A stretch of 64,000 bases of DNA from Chiloscyllium plagiosum (lineage: Eukaryota). Both the position numbers and the translations under genes were made by a program. The DNA is taken from assembly GCF_004010195.1 (NCBI RefSeq), contig NC_057752.1:12226253-12290252 (forward strand). The letters are read 5' to 3'. The notes beneath the pieces are model-generated. The model worked only from the letters and a program-made list of their open reading frames with translations. It did no database searches and was not told the DNA's origin. Below are positions 12,214 through 23,700 of the stretch, in pieces. Every line of letters begins with the position of its first letter. Within the stretch, counting starts at the first letter, position 1.

Positions 12214-12474
12214 AAACCGGCCATAAACAGGTCCAGACAGCGGGCAGTGGAGGGGGTGGTTAGGACCAATTGCCTGCCCCTCTTCCGCGGTTACGTTAGG
12301 GCCCGGGTGTCTCTGGAAAAGGAGCATGCGGTGTCCACCAACACCCTGGAGTTGTTCAGGGAGAGGTGGGCATCGCAGGGAGTGGAGTGCATTATTTCCC
12401 CCTCCAACTCTATTTTGATTTAATCCCTGCCCTCCCCTTCACTGTTTGATCACACAGCATTAAAAAAGAAAAGA
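12214..12474 (+). mobile_element. Tx1-clade LINE 3' end, copy B, young
   Basis: Uninterrupted frame KPAINRSRQRAVEGVVRTNCLPLFRGYVRARVSLEKEHAVSTNTLELFRERWASQGVECIISPSNSILI* (stop 12421-12423). CpG-rich, with an A-rich tail. Bounded by AAGAACAGG(T/A)G(T/C)GTC at 12199 and 12475. Confidence 0.85.
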
Positions 12475-14564
12475 AAGAACAGGAGCGTCAGACATCCTGC
12501 TCACACTGACAGCAGACTCAGAGCTAGATCAGTGTTAAAGGCTATCCACAAATAAAATAAAGGGCTATTTGGTGACTAGATACGGGTCTCGAGTTGTTAC
12601 ATTGCTTTTCTCTCACTGGCACAGGCTGAAGAGATTAGTTCATAATAGCAGTCTTTGAGTTGGAGTAACTATTTCTAGCATCACTCTGTTACTTGGAAAG
12701 TTTGACTCGTTTGAGCCTGCCAAAGACTGGGCCCAGTACATGGAAAGAATTTTATTTTTTCTGGGCAAAGCAATGAGTAGTTCTCTTGACAGCTTGTGGA
12801 CCTGCAGCTTTTTCAGTTATTAGGAACTTAACTGTCCCTGAGGTACCAGATGTTAAAACTAAATCTGACAACTCCTTGACCAGTTAGGGATATTTCAATC
12901 CCAAGCCTCCTCCAATTTGTACTCAGCAATTTGAGAGCTCGGGGAAATCTGTATTGGGATCTTTTGACTAGATTAAGACAACTGGCAGAGGCATGTGACA
13001 TTGATTTAACCCTTAGCAAGTGCATCTCATTTTGTGGGATTAATGTAACCCTGCAAAAGCACTTGTGAGCTAAAGCCCAACGGGACCAAAAACCAGTTGT
13101 AGTGCTTGTTTAATCATTGGAAAAATTTGGCAAGTGGAGCACGAGTTGCAGAGTATTCTGGTGGAAGTGGACATCCTCCCCAATCTGACTGAACTTGGGG
13201 GAGTGAAGGCAATTGCATAGCCTCACTCAGGACACATCATGAACAGAGGGACTTGAGGTCTACCTACACAAAAACCCCAAAACAAAGCCAAGTCTCAGCC
13301 AAAATAGTTAAAGTTTTCTTCAGGATCTGGGCTGGTAAGCCATTGTAGTTGCTGCCAATATGTGGACTCAAAACAGCAAAAAAGGTCATCCCACGAAATC
13401 TAAATTGAGTAAGAAACTGCATAAGCCCATATCCAGGAGAATGCACACCCTCGAAAGTCTACTTACATCTGGTTTGGAACAGTTAAATTGCTTTGCGACA
13501 TCCAAATCATAACCAAAACAAGTGCCTGCTTAAGTGGTCACCTGGTTCTAATGGAGGTCAATACCAGTGCAGCCATTTCACTGATTGTAGAACCGGTCTT
13601 TAACAAAATTTGCCCTGGACTCCAACCCTTAAGTAACTGTTTCAGTTACCACTGACTATAGTAAAAGGCTCAGGCCCAAGCTCATTGGGGTGAAATTAGT
13701 TGAGGAAGATTTACCTAGTTTGGCTAACATTTTGATTAGAAAATAGCAGCCTGAGTGAAGTCCTAATTAAATGCCCAGACATTTTCAGGAAGGTCTAATG
13801 ACTGTCAAAGGAGGCAAGGCCACCTCACATGTTGACCAGGATGCAATTCCATGATTCTGCAAGGCCTGCCCAGTGCTATTTGCCTTACCAGCAAAACCGG
13901 AGGCAGAACTCAGAAGGCCGGAAAGCAAAGGAGTCATCAAATCAGTTTAGTTTGTGCAATGGGCAGCATTAGTCATACCAATTTGAGCATCATGGGTCAG
14001 TTGCTTTTGTGGGATTTTAAACAAATGTAAACTGCTTTTCGCAACTGCACAAATATCCACAGAGCTGGGGCAGGGGCTGCCCTTCACTAATGTGGACATG
14101 AGCCATACATACAATTAGATGAGGATTCCCAGAAGTGTGCTATAATCACTATCCACAAGTGTTTGTACCAATATACCAGACTGCCATTTGGGGTATTGTT
14201 AACCTGTATAACTTTTCAGTAGACAATGAAGAACATTTTTACAAAATCTACCCCAGGTCACCAGATGACGTGCTAACAAGACAGAACAGGAAGGAGCAGT
14301 TAGAGAACTTGGACAGTCCTTAGGTGTTTGTCCCAGGCAGGCACATGCCTTGGAAAATAAAAAAAAATGTGACCTACAGAGTCGATAAGGGTTATATCTG
14401 TTGGAAGGTGGTGAGGGCAATCAAAGGTGCCCTGGTTCCCACATCTGTACCAGAGCTTCAGTCTTTCCTTGGGCTGGTGAGCTATTACAGAAAGTTCTAC
14501 ATAGCCTGGCCTCCATCCTGGCACCTTCACATCGACTCTTAAAAAGGGTCAGCCTTAACAAAAG

Positions 14565-14785
14565 GGCAGCATAGTGGTTCAGTTGTTAGTGATAGTACTG
14601 CTGCCTCAAGGAGCTAGGGACGTAGGTTTGATTCTTTGCTTGAGAGACTGTCTGCATGGAGTTCACATGCACTGCATGGGTTTCCTCCCACAATGCAAAG
14701 ATGTGCAGGTTCGGTGAAATGGCCATGGGAAATGCAGGGTTACAGGGATAGGGAGGCCTGAGTGGGATACTCTGAGGATCGGTGG
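14565..14785 (+). mobile_element. HE1-type SINE, decayed, inside Gypsy pol
   Basis: V-domain and GGGTTTCCTCCCACAATGCAAAGATGTGCAGGTT core. Confidence 0.75.
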
Positions 14786-16471
14786 AAATTTTGGCAGTCA
14801 TATTTGGAGTCAGGAGCTTTCACCAATACCTTTACAGGTAATAACATTAAAGTGGAGCACAAACCCTGCTAAACCAACTTAAAGATGATACAACTGTAGT
14901 GCCCATAGCCTCAGGCCAAATTCAGTGGTGGGCTCTAATACTAAAGTGCATATAATTACAAGTTGGAACTGTCCAGGAGGTCAAATAGCAAAAGCAGATA
15001 CCTTGAGCTGCCTTTTGCTGGCAGATATACCACTGGAGGTAATGCCACAGGAAGAGTCCGCAATGGTTTGAAGTGTTTTGGACACGCTTTTGGTCACAGC
15101 TGACAATCAGACTTTGGATGCCATGAGATCTGGTCCTGACAAAACTGAAACAGACGACGACAAGGGAAACCAGAGGGATGTCACAACCTTTTTGGACCTA
15201 GAGACACCAGACCAGAGGATGGCATATTAATGGGGAGCAAGAGCAATTTGTCCAGAGTAAAGGTTGCCACCAGATACTGGCTGAACCCCACCAGGGTCAT
15301 CCAGGGGTTTCCAAAATGAAGATGTTGGTGAGCCATTGACTGGCAGCCAGGATTGGATACAGACATAGCTGCATGGGAATGGCTGGGTAAACTCAGGACC
15401 TGCATAAATCAATGTGTAGCAGTCCAATCACTGGCTCATATGTTCTCAGTCAGTCAGTCAGTCAGTCAATGTGGAGGCCTACTTATAGTGGCTGATGTGC
15501 ATAGAGTTTATTCAAAACACTGACAGAAAAACTGAGCAGACCTTTTGCAATACACAGGCTCCTAGAAGTGTTGGCCACAGATAACAGGACATTTAGCTGC
15601 AAGGAATTTCAGTATTTCCTAAAGGTGAACAGTAGTTGACGTAAAGAGAGCTCCATACCATCAATCATCCAATAATCTGGCAGAAAAAGAGCAGTCCAAA
15701 CTCTGAAGGCAAGCTTAAAAAGAAACTAACTTCATGAGATACTGAATTGACCTGGGTTGCTATTTGATACTCAAACCACCCCTCGTGCAACTACAAGGAT
15801 AGTTTCAGCACAGTTGCTGATGGGGAGACGACACCACACCAGGTTAAATCTGATCTTCCTGAACTGTGGGGATTGGGTGGGTGAGCGAGAAAGTGACAGC
15901 ATGGGGAATGCCAGTCGCAGACACAAGACTAAGTGAAAGGGACAGTTTCCTTCAGGAAGCTTGGTGTAGGAACCATGGGAATAGCCCTGCATGGGTAAGT
16001 AGTCAGGTACAGGGATGACTGTATAAAGTACAGGTAGGTGTAACTGTTCTGAACAAGCATGGAGATTACATGAAAGCTCCAAACTTTCAAACAGTGCAGG
16101 AACAAAACACAGCCAGCTCCACAACAGCCTTTCTGCCTGTTGCAGAACAGGTGGGTTCCCCTTATCCATCAAGCTTTGAAGATGCCTTCAGAATTTCAGG
16201 TGGACAGAGAAGTCACTGCCTTGATTCCTAGAATGAAATTTGCCCGAAACACTCTGGCGAGATAGTGTGTTACACAGTCCTTTATCAGAGGTGGAGATGG
16301 AGGAACCTTACCTGGTGCTAAAAACCAGACCTGATTATGTCCCCAGACTCAGGAGGAGGGACATAGTGATTGGAACTAGGTCAGTGAGGTGTACCTCAGA
16401 ATGAGTTCTGATTGCAGTAGAGTAACAGCCTCAGCTGTCAGCCAGGGCTCCATGATTAAGAACAGGAGTGT

Positions 16472-17075
16472 TCCTGCCAGGCAGCAGGGTTTCCCTTCTA
16501 CACAGGAGTCCTCCTTCCAGGACCTGGGGTGGAGGGGATTGCACGCAGTAGTCTCTTACATCTGCGGATTACAGTGGATCACAGACTCCCAGCCCCAAAC
16601 TGCTTGCTTTGCAGTGCTGTGGACTCCATGGACCAGATATCTTTTGGTCACGGGCATGTGCATTCCGTTTAGTTATTTGAAAAGCCTTCCGTTATGTTTC
16701 TGTTGTACTTCAGCCCCACACTCCTGAACTTTGGGCACCTGGTGCTGAGAGGTATGGGCAGATAGGAGGACCTCCTCGTGAGTCTGCTCCTAGGCTTGGC
16801 CTGGCTTGCTGTAAACAGACCTAGGCAGCAGGTAGTGGAGGAGGTTGTCTGTCGACTGCCTGCCCTTCTGTGGTTCTGTTCGAGCCCAGGTGTCATTGGA
16901 GAGGGAGCACGCAGTGTCCACCAACACACTCAATGCCTTTAGGGAGAGGTGGACATTGGAGGATGGACTGCTTTCTTTCCCCCACTAACTCCTCTCTCCG
17001 CTACCACACCTTTTCACTTTGATATAAGCATTGCCCTTATCAGGCTTTGCTTTGTTAATGTTTCACTAGCCACAG
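16472..17075 (+). mobile_element. Tx1-clade LINE 3' fragment, decayed, in the 3' LTR
   Basis: DLGWRGLHAVVSY...WITDSQP, LLLGLA, AVSTNTLNAFRERW relics. Begins immediately after AAGAACAGGAGTGT (16458-16471). Confidence 0.75.
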
Positions 17076-17199
17076 CTATCTCGGAACCACAGTTGTTGGA
17101 AGGCAGGAAGCCTTTTTAATTAAAAATTGGTTATTAGTCCACATTCCAACCGTTTATTACCAGTTGAACTACATTTGTACACTACCCTAAATAGTAATT

Positions 17200-18950
17200 T
17201 ACCAAAATTCACTGGACTCTGGGCAGGTCCCAGCAGACTGGAAGACAGCGAATGTCACACTGCTGCTATTTTTAAACAAAGGTTATAGAAAACTGCAGGT
17301 AACTATAGGCTAGTTAGCTTAACATCTGTAGTCATGAAAATGCTGGAGGCTATCAATAAAGAAGAAATAGTGAAACATCCAGATGGAAAGGGTTCCATCA
17401 GGCAGACGCAGCAAGAATTCAGGAAGGGAAGGTAGTGTTTGACAAACTTGGAGTTTAGATTAGATTCCCTACAGTGTGGAAACAGGCCCTTCAGCCAACC
17501 AGTCCACAGCGACCCTCCGAACAGTAACCCACCCAGACCCATTTCCATCTGACTAATGTACCTAACACTACGGGCAATTTAGCATGGCCAATTCACCTGA
17601 CTTGCACATCTTTGGACTGTGGGAGAAAACTAGAGCACCCGGAGGAAACCCACGCAGACACGGGGAGAACGTCTGTGTGGAGTTTGCACAGTCACCGGAG
17701 GCTGGAATTGAACCTAGGACCCTGGTGCTGTGAGGCAGCACTGAGCCACTGTTCTTTTGAAAAATTAACAAGTGCGGTAGATGTTGTACATTTGGATTTC
17801 CAGAAGGCATTCAATATTTTGCAGCATAAAAGACTCATCCATAAAGATAATGCATGGCATTCTGGGTAATGTGCTAGCATAGAGAGAGGACTGGTTAACT
17901 AACACAGCAGAGTTGGGATAAATGGGTATTTCTCTGGTTGGAGATCAGTGATGAGCGGGGTGCTGGGCCCACAACTCATGATTTATATGAATGATCTGGA
18001 GGAGGAGACTGAGCGTAATGTATCCAAGTTTTTGCCGATTACACTAAATTGAGTGAAAGGCAAACGTGTGCAGAGAATGTGGAGGGTCTGCACAGAAATT
18101 TAGATACATTAAATGAGTGGGCATGGCTTTGGCAGATGGAGTACAATGATGGTAAATGTGAGGTTATCCACCTTAAAAGTAAAAATCGTAGGTCAGAGTA
18201 TTATTTAAAATGGTAAAAGGTTGCAGCATGCTGCTGTGCAGAGGGACTTAGGAGTACCATATGAATTGCTAAATGTTGATTTGCAGGCACAACGGGTAAT
18301 TAGGAAGCCAAACAGAATATGGTCTTTCATTGCTAGAGATATTGAATTTAAGAGCAGGGAGGTTCTGCTGGAATTGTACAAGGTGTTGGTAAGGCCGCAC
18401 CTGGAGTATTGTGCGCAGTTCTGGTCTCCTTACCTGAGGAAGGATGTACTGTCTTTGGAGACAGTGCAGAGGAGGAGGTTCACCAGGTTAGATTCTGGAG
18501 ATGAGAGGGTTACCCTGTGAGGAGAGGTTCAGCTGCCTGGGACTGTATGCGCTAGAATTTAGAAAAATGCAAGGAAATGTTATTGATCATTTTATATGTC
18601 TCCAAGGGATAGAGAAGATAGAGGCAGGCAAGTTGTTTCCACTGGTAGGAGAGACTAGAATTAGGGGACATGGCCTCAAGATTATGGGGGAGTACATTTA
18701 GGACAGATGAGGAGGAACTGTTTTTCCCCCAGAGAGTAATGAATCTATGAAACTCTCTACCCAAGGAAGCAGTAGAGACAACTTGAATACATTCAAGACA
18801 CAGTTGGATCGGTTTTTGCACCGTAGAGAAATTAAAAGGGTTATAGGGATAATATTGAGACAGTGAATAGATCAGCCATGATCTTAATGAATGGCAGAGC
18901 AGGCTTGACGGGCCAAATGGCCTATGCCTGCTTCTACTGCTATGAAGCTA
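17200..18950 (+). mobile_element. CR1-clade LINE RT to 3' end, decayed
   Basis: VDVVHLDFQKAF, LYKVLVRPHLEYCAQFWSPYLRKDV, and tail GGGCCAAATGGCCTATGCCTGCTTCTA. Confidence 0.85.
17453..17750 (-). mobile_element. HE1-type SINE
   Basis: Reverse-complement HE1 with (TCTAA)n tail. Confidence 0.88.
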
Positions 18951-19888
18951 TGATAACCCTGACTCCAGCTTATCTGCAACTAGGCCTTCACTGTTTAAAC
19001 AAACAGCTTGTGCAATCAGTACTTACAAATGAGTACGAGGTAACTTCCTTTCTAAAAGGTGTAGAAATCCTTCAATTATCGTGGCTTTTAATCATTTCAG
19101 TCCACAATTAAAAATACAGAAAGGATGATATGGTCTTTACAATTTGAATCTTTGAATTAATATGGAAAAAGCATCCAAAGTGCAGAGAGCTGCAGTAACT
19201 AACCTATCAAAAGTTAACTGCTGGAAGAGAGTCTCTTGTGTCATTGACTGTGTTTAGCCTTGAGAAATATAGAGTGTAGGAGGATCATGTAGCTCCAAAA
19301 TGGCAGCTGTGTCATAACCTGGCATTGCACACCGACTTCACATAGTGTGCCTCCTCTGCATATCTTTGGTTGATGTTGGGTAGTGCATGGACACCTTTCA
19401 CCAACATGGCAGCCACTTCACATCAGAAACATCACATGCATGCCACTGACACCATTTTTAACTAATTCATAGCATCCAATAAACCGTCAAACAAACTTCA
19501 CTGCATTTTTACATGAAGCACAAAGTTCTGCCATTAGACTGTTATACAAGAAAAAAGAAAATTGGTTTAAATTATTTGTGCCTTTATTTAATCAGCAACA
19601 TAGATTTCCCATTTGGCAGTATCAGATTTTCCTCCCCTTTGGCTACTTGTGATTTTTAAATTAAAATATTAAAAATCAGTGATGTCAAACCTACCAATAA
19701 ACATTTTTAGCTAGGTTATCATAAACCTTACATTCAATGTCAAAATGTCAATTTTGATTAGACCACAGTCTCAATTTTGAATCATCTCACATCTCCCCAT
19801 AAAAGGGAATTTTAAATTGGTGTCTCTAATGGATTAGACTTAAGATAAACTTGTTATTTCTTAGCATCATAGACATATACATTATGGA

Positions 19889-20012
19889 TTCTGGATTAGT
19901 GGTGCTGGAAGAGCACAGCAGTTCAGGTCGGATGCTGCCTGAACTGCTGTGCTCTTCCAGCACCACTAATCCAGAATCTGGTTTCCAGCATCTGCAGTCA
20001 TTGTTTTGACCT
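19889..20012. mobile_element. Penelope-derived fold-back element
   Basis: Perfect inverted arms of about 40 bp (GATTCTGGATTAGTGGTGCTGGAAGAGCACAGCAGTTCAGG and its reverse complement). Near-perfect 14-bp TSD ATATACA(T/A)TATGGA at 19875 and 20013. Confidence 0.7.
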
Positions 20013-20302
20013 ATATACAATATGGAAACAGACCCTTCAGTCCAACTTGCCAATGCCGACCAGATATCCTAACCTAATCCAGTCCCATTTGCCAGCACCT
20101 GGCCCATATCCCTCTAAACCTTCCTATTCATATACCCATCCAAATACCTTTTTAAAAATGTTGCAATTGTACCAGCCTCCACCACTTCCTTGGGCAGCTC
20201 ATTCCATACACACACCACCCTCTGCATGAAAAAGTTGCCCCTCAGGTTCCTTTTAAACCTTTCCCCTCACCCTAAACCAATGTCCTCTAGTTCTCGACTC
20301 CC

Positions 20303-20683
20303 CCACCCCAGGGAAAAGACCTTCTCTATTTACCTTATTCATGCCCCTCAGGATTATATAAATCTCTGATGTCACCCCTCAGCCTTCAACACTCTAGGGA
20401 AAACAGCCTCTCCCTGTAGCTCAAACCCTCCAACCCTGGCAACATCCTTGGAAATCTTTTCTGAGCCCTTTCAAGTTTCACAACATCTTTCCACCCCAGG
20501 GAAAAGACCTTCTCTATTTACCTTATTCATGCCCCTCAGGATTTATATAAATCTCTGATGTCACCCCTCAGCCTTCCAACACTCTAGGGAAAACAGCCTC
20601 TCCCTGTAGCTCAAACCCTCCAACCCTGGCAACATCCTTGGAAATCTTTTCTGAGCCCTTTCAAGTTTCACAACATCTTTCCA
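20303..20683. repeat. Tandem duplication of ~190 bp inside CR1
   Basis: 20303-20493 is repeated at 20491-20683. The only differences seen are two homopolymer-length changes. Confidence 0.9.
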
Positions 20684-20799
20684 ATAGGAAGGAGACCAGA
20701 ATTGCATGCAATTTTCCAACAGTAGCTAAACCAATGTCCTGTACTACCACAACATGACCTCCCAACTCCTGTACTCAATACTCTGACGAATAAAGGAAA

Positions 20800-23700
20800 T
20801 CCATTTTGCCAGTGTGGCAAGGAGAAGGAGGAGTAAAGCAAGGGCTGCCAGGAAGGGTAAGTTTCTCACATAAAAAGGAACTTACCTCGGGTAGGTAAGG
20901 GCTTAATTTATATTTGGGCAGTGGTTAAACCAGAGATACTACATGTGTACTATCTCCCTCCCACTCCCCTCCTCTAACCGGAAGAAAAAGACCCTGTAAG
21001 GTAAGGCTTTTATTTATCTTTCTTTTTCATTTATTTAAGTGCATTGTTTGGTTTTATTTAGCTCATATAAAGCTAAGCTCACAATGGCTGGGGACCTCAG
21101 ACCCGTGGCATGTGCCTCTTGATGTGGGAGCTTAGGAAGGTGTCTGACGTTCCTGACTCTTACACTTGCAAGAAGTGTGTCCAGCTGCAGCTCTTGTTTG
21201 ACCGCATGATGGCTCTGGAGCTGCGGGTGGACTCACTGTGGAGCATCCGCGATGCTGAGGTTGTGGATAGCACGTTTAGTGAACTGGTCACACCGCAGGT
21301 TGGGATTGCTGAGGGAGACAGTGAATGGGTGACCAGAAGACAGAAAAAGAGTAGGAAGGCAGTGCAGGTGTCCCCTGCGGTCATCTCCCTCCAAAACAGG
21401 TATACTGTTTGGATACTGTTGGGGGAAGATGGCTCACCTAGTGAGGGCAGCAGTTGCCAGGATCATGGTACTGTCAGGCACTGCTGTTCAGAAGGGCGGG
21501 AAAAAGACTCGTAGGGCCATAGTCATGGGGATTCTATTGTGAGGGAAGTAGATAGGCAGTTCTGTGGCCGAAAATGGGACTCCCGGATGGTATGTTCCCT
21601 CCCAGGTGCTCAGGTGAGGGATGTCACCGATCGGTTGCAGAGCATTCTAAGGGGAGGGTGAACAGCCAGTTGTCTTGGTGCATATAGACACCAACGATAT
21701 AAGTAGAAAGCGAGATGAGGCCCTGAAAAGAGAATTCAGGGAGCTAGGAGAGAAATTAAAGGGGAGGACCTCAAGTGATCTCAGGATTACTACCAGCACC
21801 ACGTGCTAGCCAGCATTGAAATGAAAAATAGGAAGGATGAACATGTGGCTTGAGAGATGGTGTAGGAGGGAGGGGTTCAGATTTGTTGGACATTGGGACC
21901 AGTTCTGGGGAAGGTGGGACTATTACAAAAGGGATGGTCTACACCTGGGCAGTGAGGCATTATGGGTGGAGCTGAGAAATAAGAAGGGTGCAGTTACATT
22001 GTTGGGGCTGTATTACAGACCTCCCAACAGTGAGGGTGAGGTAGAAGAACAAATATGTAAACGGATTATGAATAGATGTAGAGGCAATAGGGTAGTGGTG
22101 ATGGGAGATTTTAATTTTCCCAACATTGACTGGGATACACTTAGCGTCAGAGGTCTGGGTGGAGTAGAATTTGTACAAAGCGTCCAGGAGAGTTTTCTGC
22201 AGCAGTATGTCAATAGTCCGACGAGGGAAGGGGCCATATTGGACCTGGTACTGGAGAACGAGCCAGGACAGGTGGTAGAAGTGGGGGATTTCTTTGGGAA
22301 CAGTGACCACAATTCTAAGTTTTAGAATACTCATAGATAAAGAAGAGAGTGGTCCTAAGGGAAGAGTACTAAACTGGGCCAAGGCCAATTATATCAAAAT
22401 TAGGCAGGGCTGGGAAATGTGGATTGGACACAGCTATTTGAAGAGAAGTCCACATTTGAGATGTGGGAGGCTTTCAAAGATAGGTTAACGGTAGTGCAGG
22501 ATAGGCATGTTTGGTTGAAGGCAAAGGATAGGATGACAGGAGAAATTGTACGACTAGCCAAGAGGAAAAGGGAAGTGTACATAAGGTCTAGGTAGCTAAG
22601 AACAGAACAGGCCCGAGAGGAATATCAGAAGAGTAGGTCAAGTCTTAAACAAGGAATCAGGCGGGCTAAAAGGAGTCATGAAATAGCTTTAGCGAGCAGA
22701 ATTAATGAAAATCCCAAAGCATTTTATTGTTATATAAAGAAGAAAGCGGGTAACTAGAGAAATGATTGGTCCATTAAAAGATAACGAAAGCAGGCTGTGT
22801 GCCGAACCTGAGAGAATGGGTGAGATTCTGAATGATTACTTTGCATCAGTGTTCACTGAGGAGAGGAACATGATGAATGTTGAGATTAGAGATAGAAGTT
22901 TGATTAGACTGGATCACGATGACATAAGTAGGGAAGATGTGTTGGGTAGGCTAGAGGTTATTAAGGTGGACAATTCCCCCGGACCGGGTGGGATCTATCC
23001 CAGGTTGCTGAGGGAGGAGAGAGAGGAAATAGCTGGGGCCCTGACAGATATCTTTGTGGCACCCTTAAATACAGGTGAGGTGCCAGGGAATGGAAAGTTA
23101 CTCATGTTGTCCCCCTGTACAAGAAGGGTAGTAGGGATATTCTGGGTAACTGCAGACTAGTGAGCCTGACATCAATAGTGGAGAAGTTGCTGGAGAAGGT
23201 ACTGAGAGATAGGATCTATTTATATTTAAGAAAAGAATGAGCTTATCAGTGATAGGCAACATGATTTTGTGCGGGGGAGATCGTGCCTTACCAACTGATA
23301 GAGTTCAAGGAAGTGACCAAGTTGTTAGATGAAGGAAAGGCTGTTGATGTCATATACATGGACTTCAGTAAGGTGTTTGATAAGGTTCCCCATGGTAGAC
23401 TAATGGAGAAAGTGAAGTCATATGGTGTGCAGGGTGTTCTAGCAGGGTGGATAAAGAACTGGTTGAGCAACAGGAGACAGAGTAGTAGTTGAAGGGAGTT
23501 TCTCGAAATGGAGAAAGGTGACCACTGATATTCCACAGGGGTCAGTATTGGGGCCACTGTTGTTTGTAATATACATAAATGATCTAGAAGAAGGCACTGT
23601 TGGTATGATCAGCAAGTTTGCAGATGACACGAAGATTGGTGGAGTAGCAGAAAGCATAAGGGACTGTCAGAGAATATAGGAGGATATAGATAGACTGGAG

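Larger units (their letters stand above)
11794..16471 (+). mobile_element. Mag-like Gypsy LTR retrotransposon, near full-length and decayed
   Basis: 5' LTR about 11794-12601, ending TTACA. Gag start LLGKFDSFEPAKDWAQYMERI, protease-like MEVNTSAAIS, RT/RNase H (LQSFLGLVSYYRKF) and integrase relics. PPT AGGAGGAGGGA at 16351-16361, 3' LTR from 16362. Many stops and frameshifts. Confidence 0.85.

Noticed and set aside
11866..12489. Three spaced AAGAACAGG...GT repeats as a CRISPR-like array
   Set aside because: The spacers are ~260-320 bp LINE 3' ends with A tails, so the repeats are better explained as target-site duplications.
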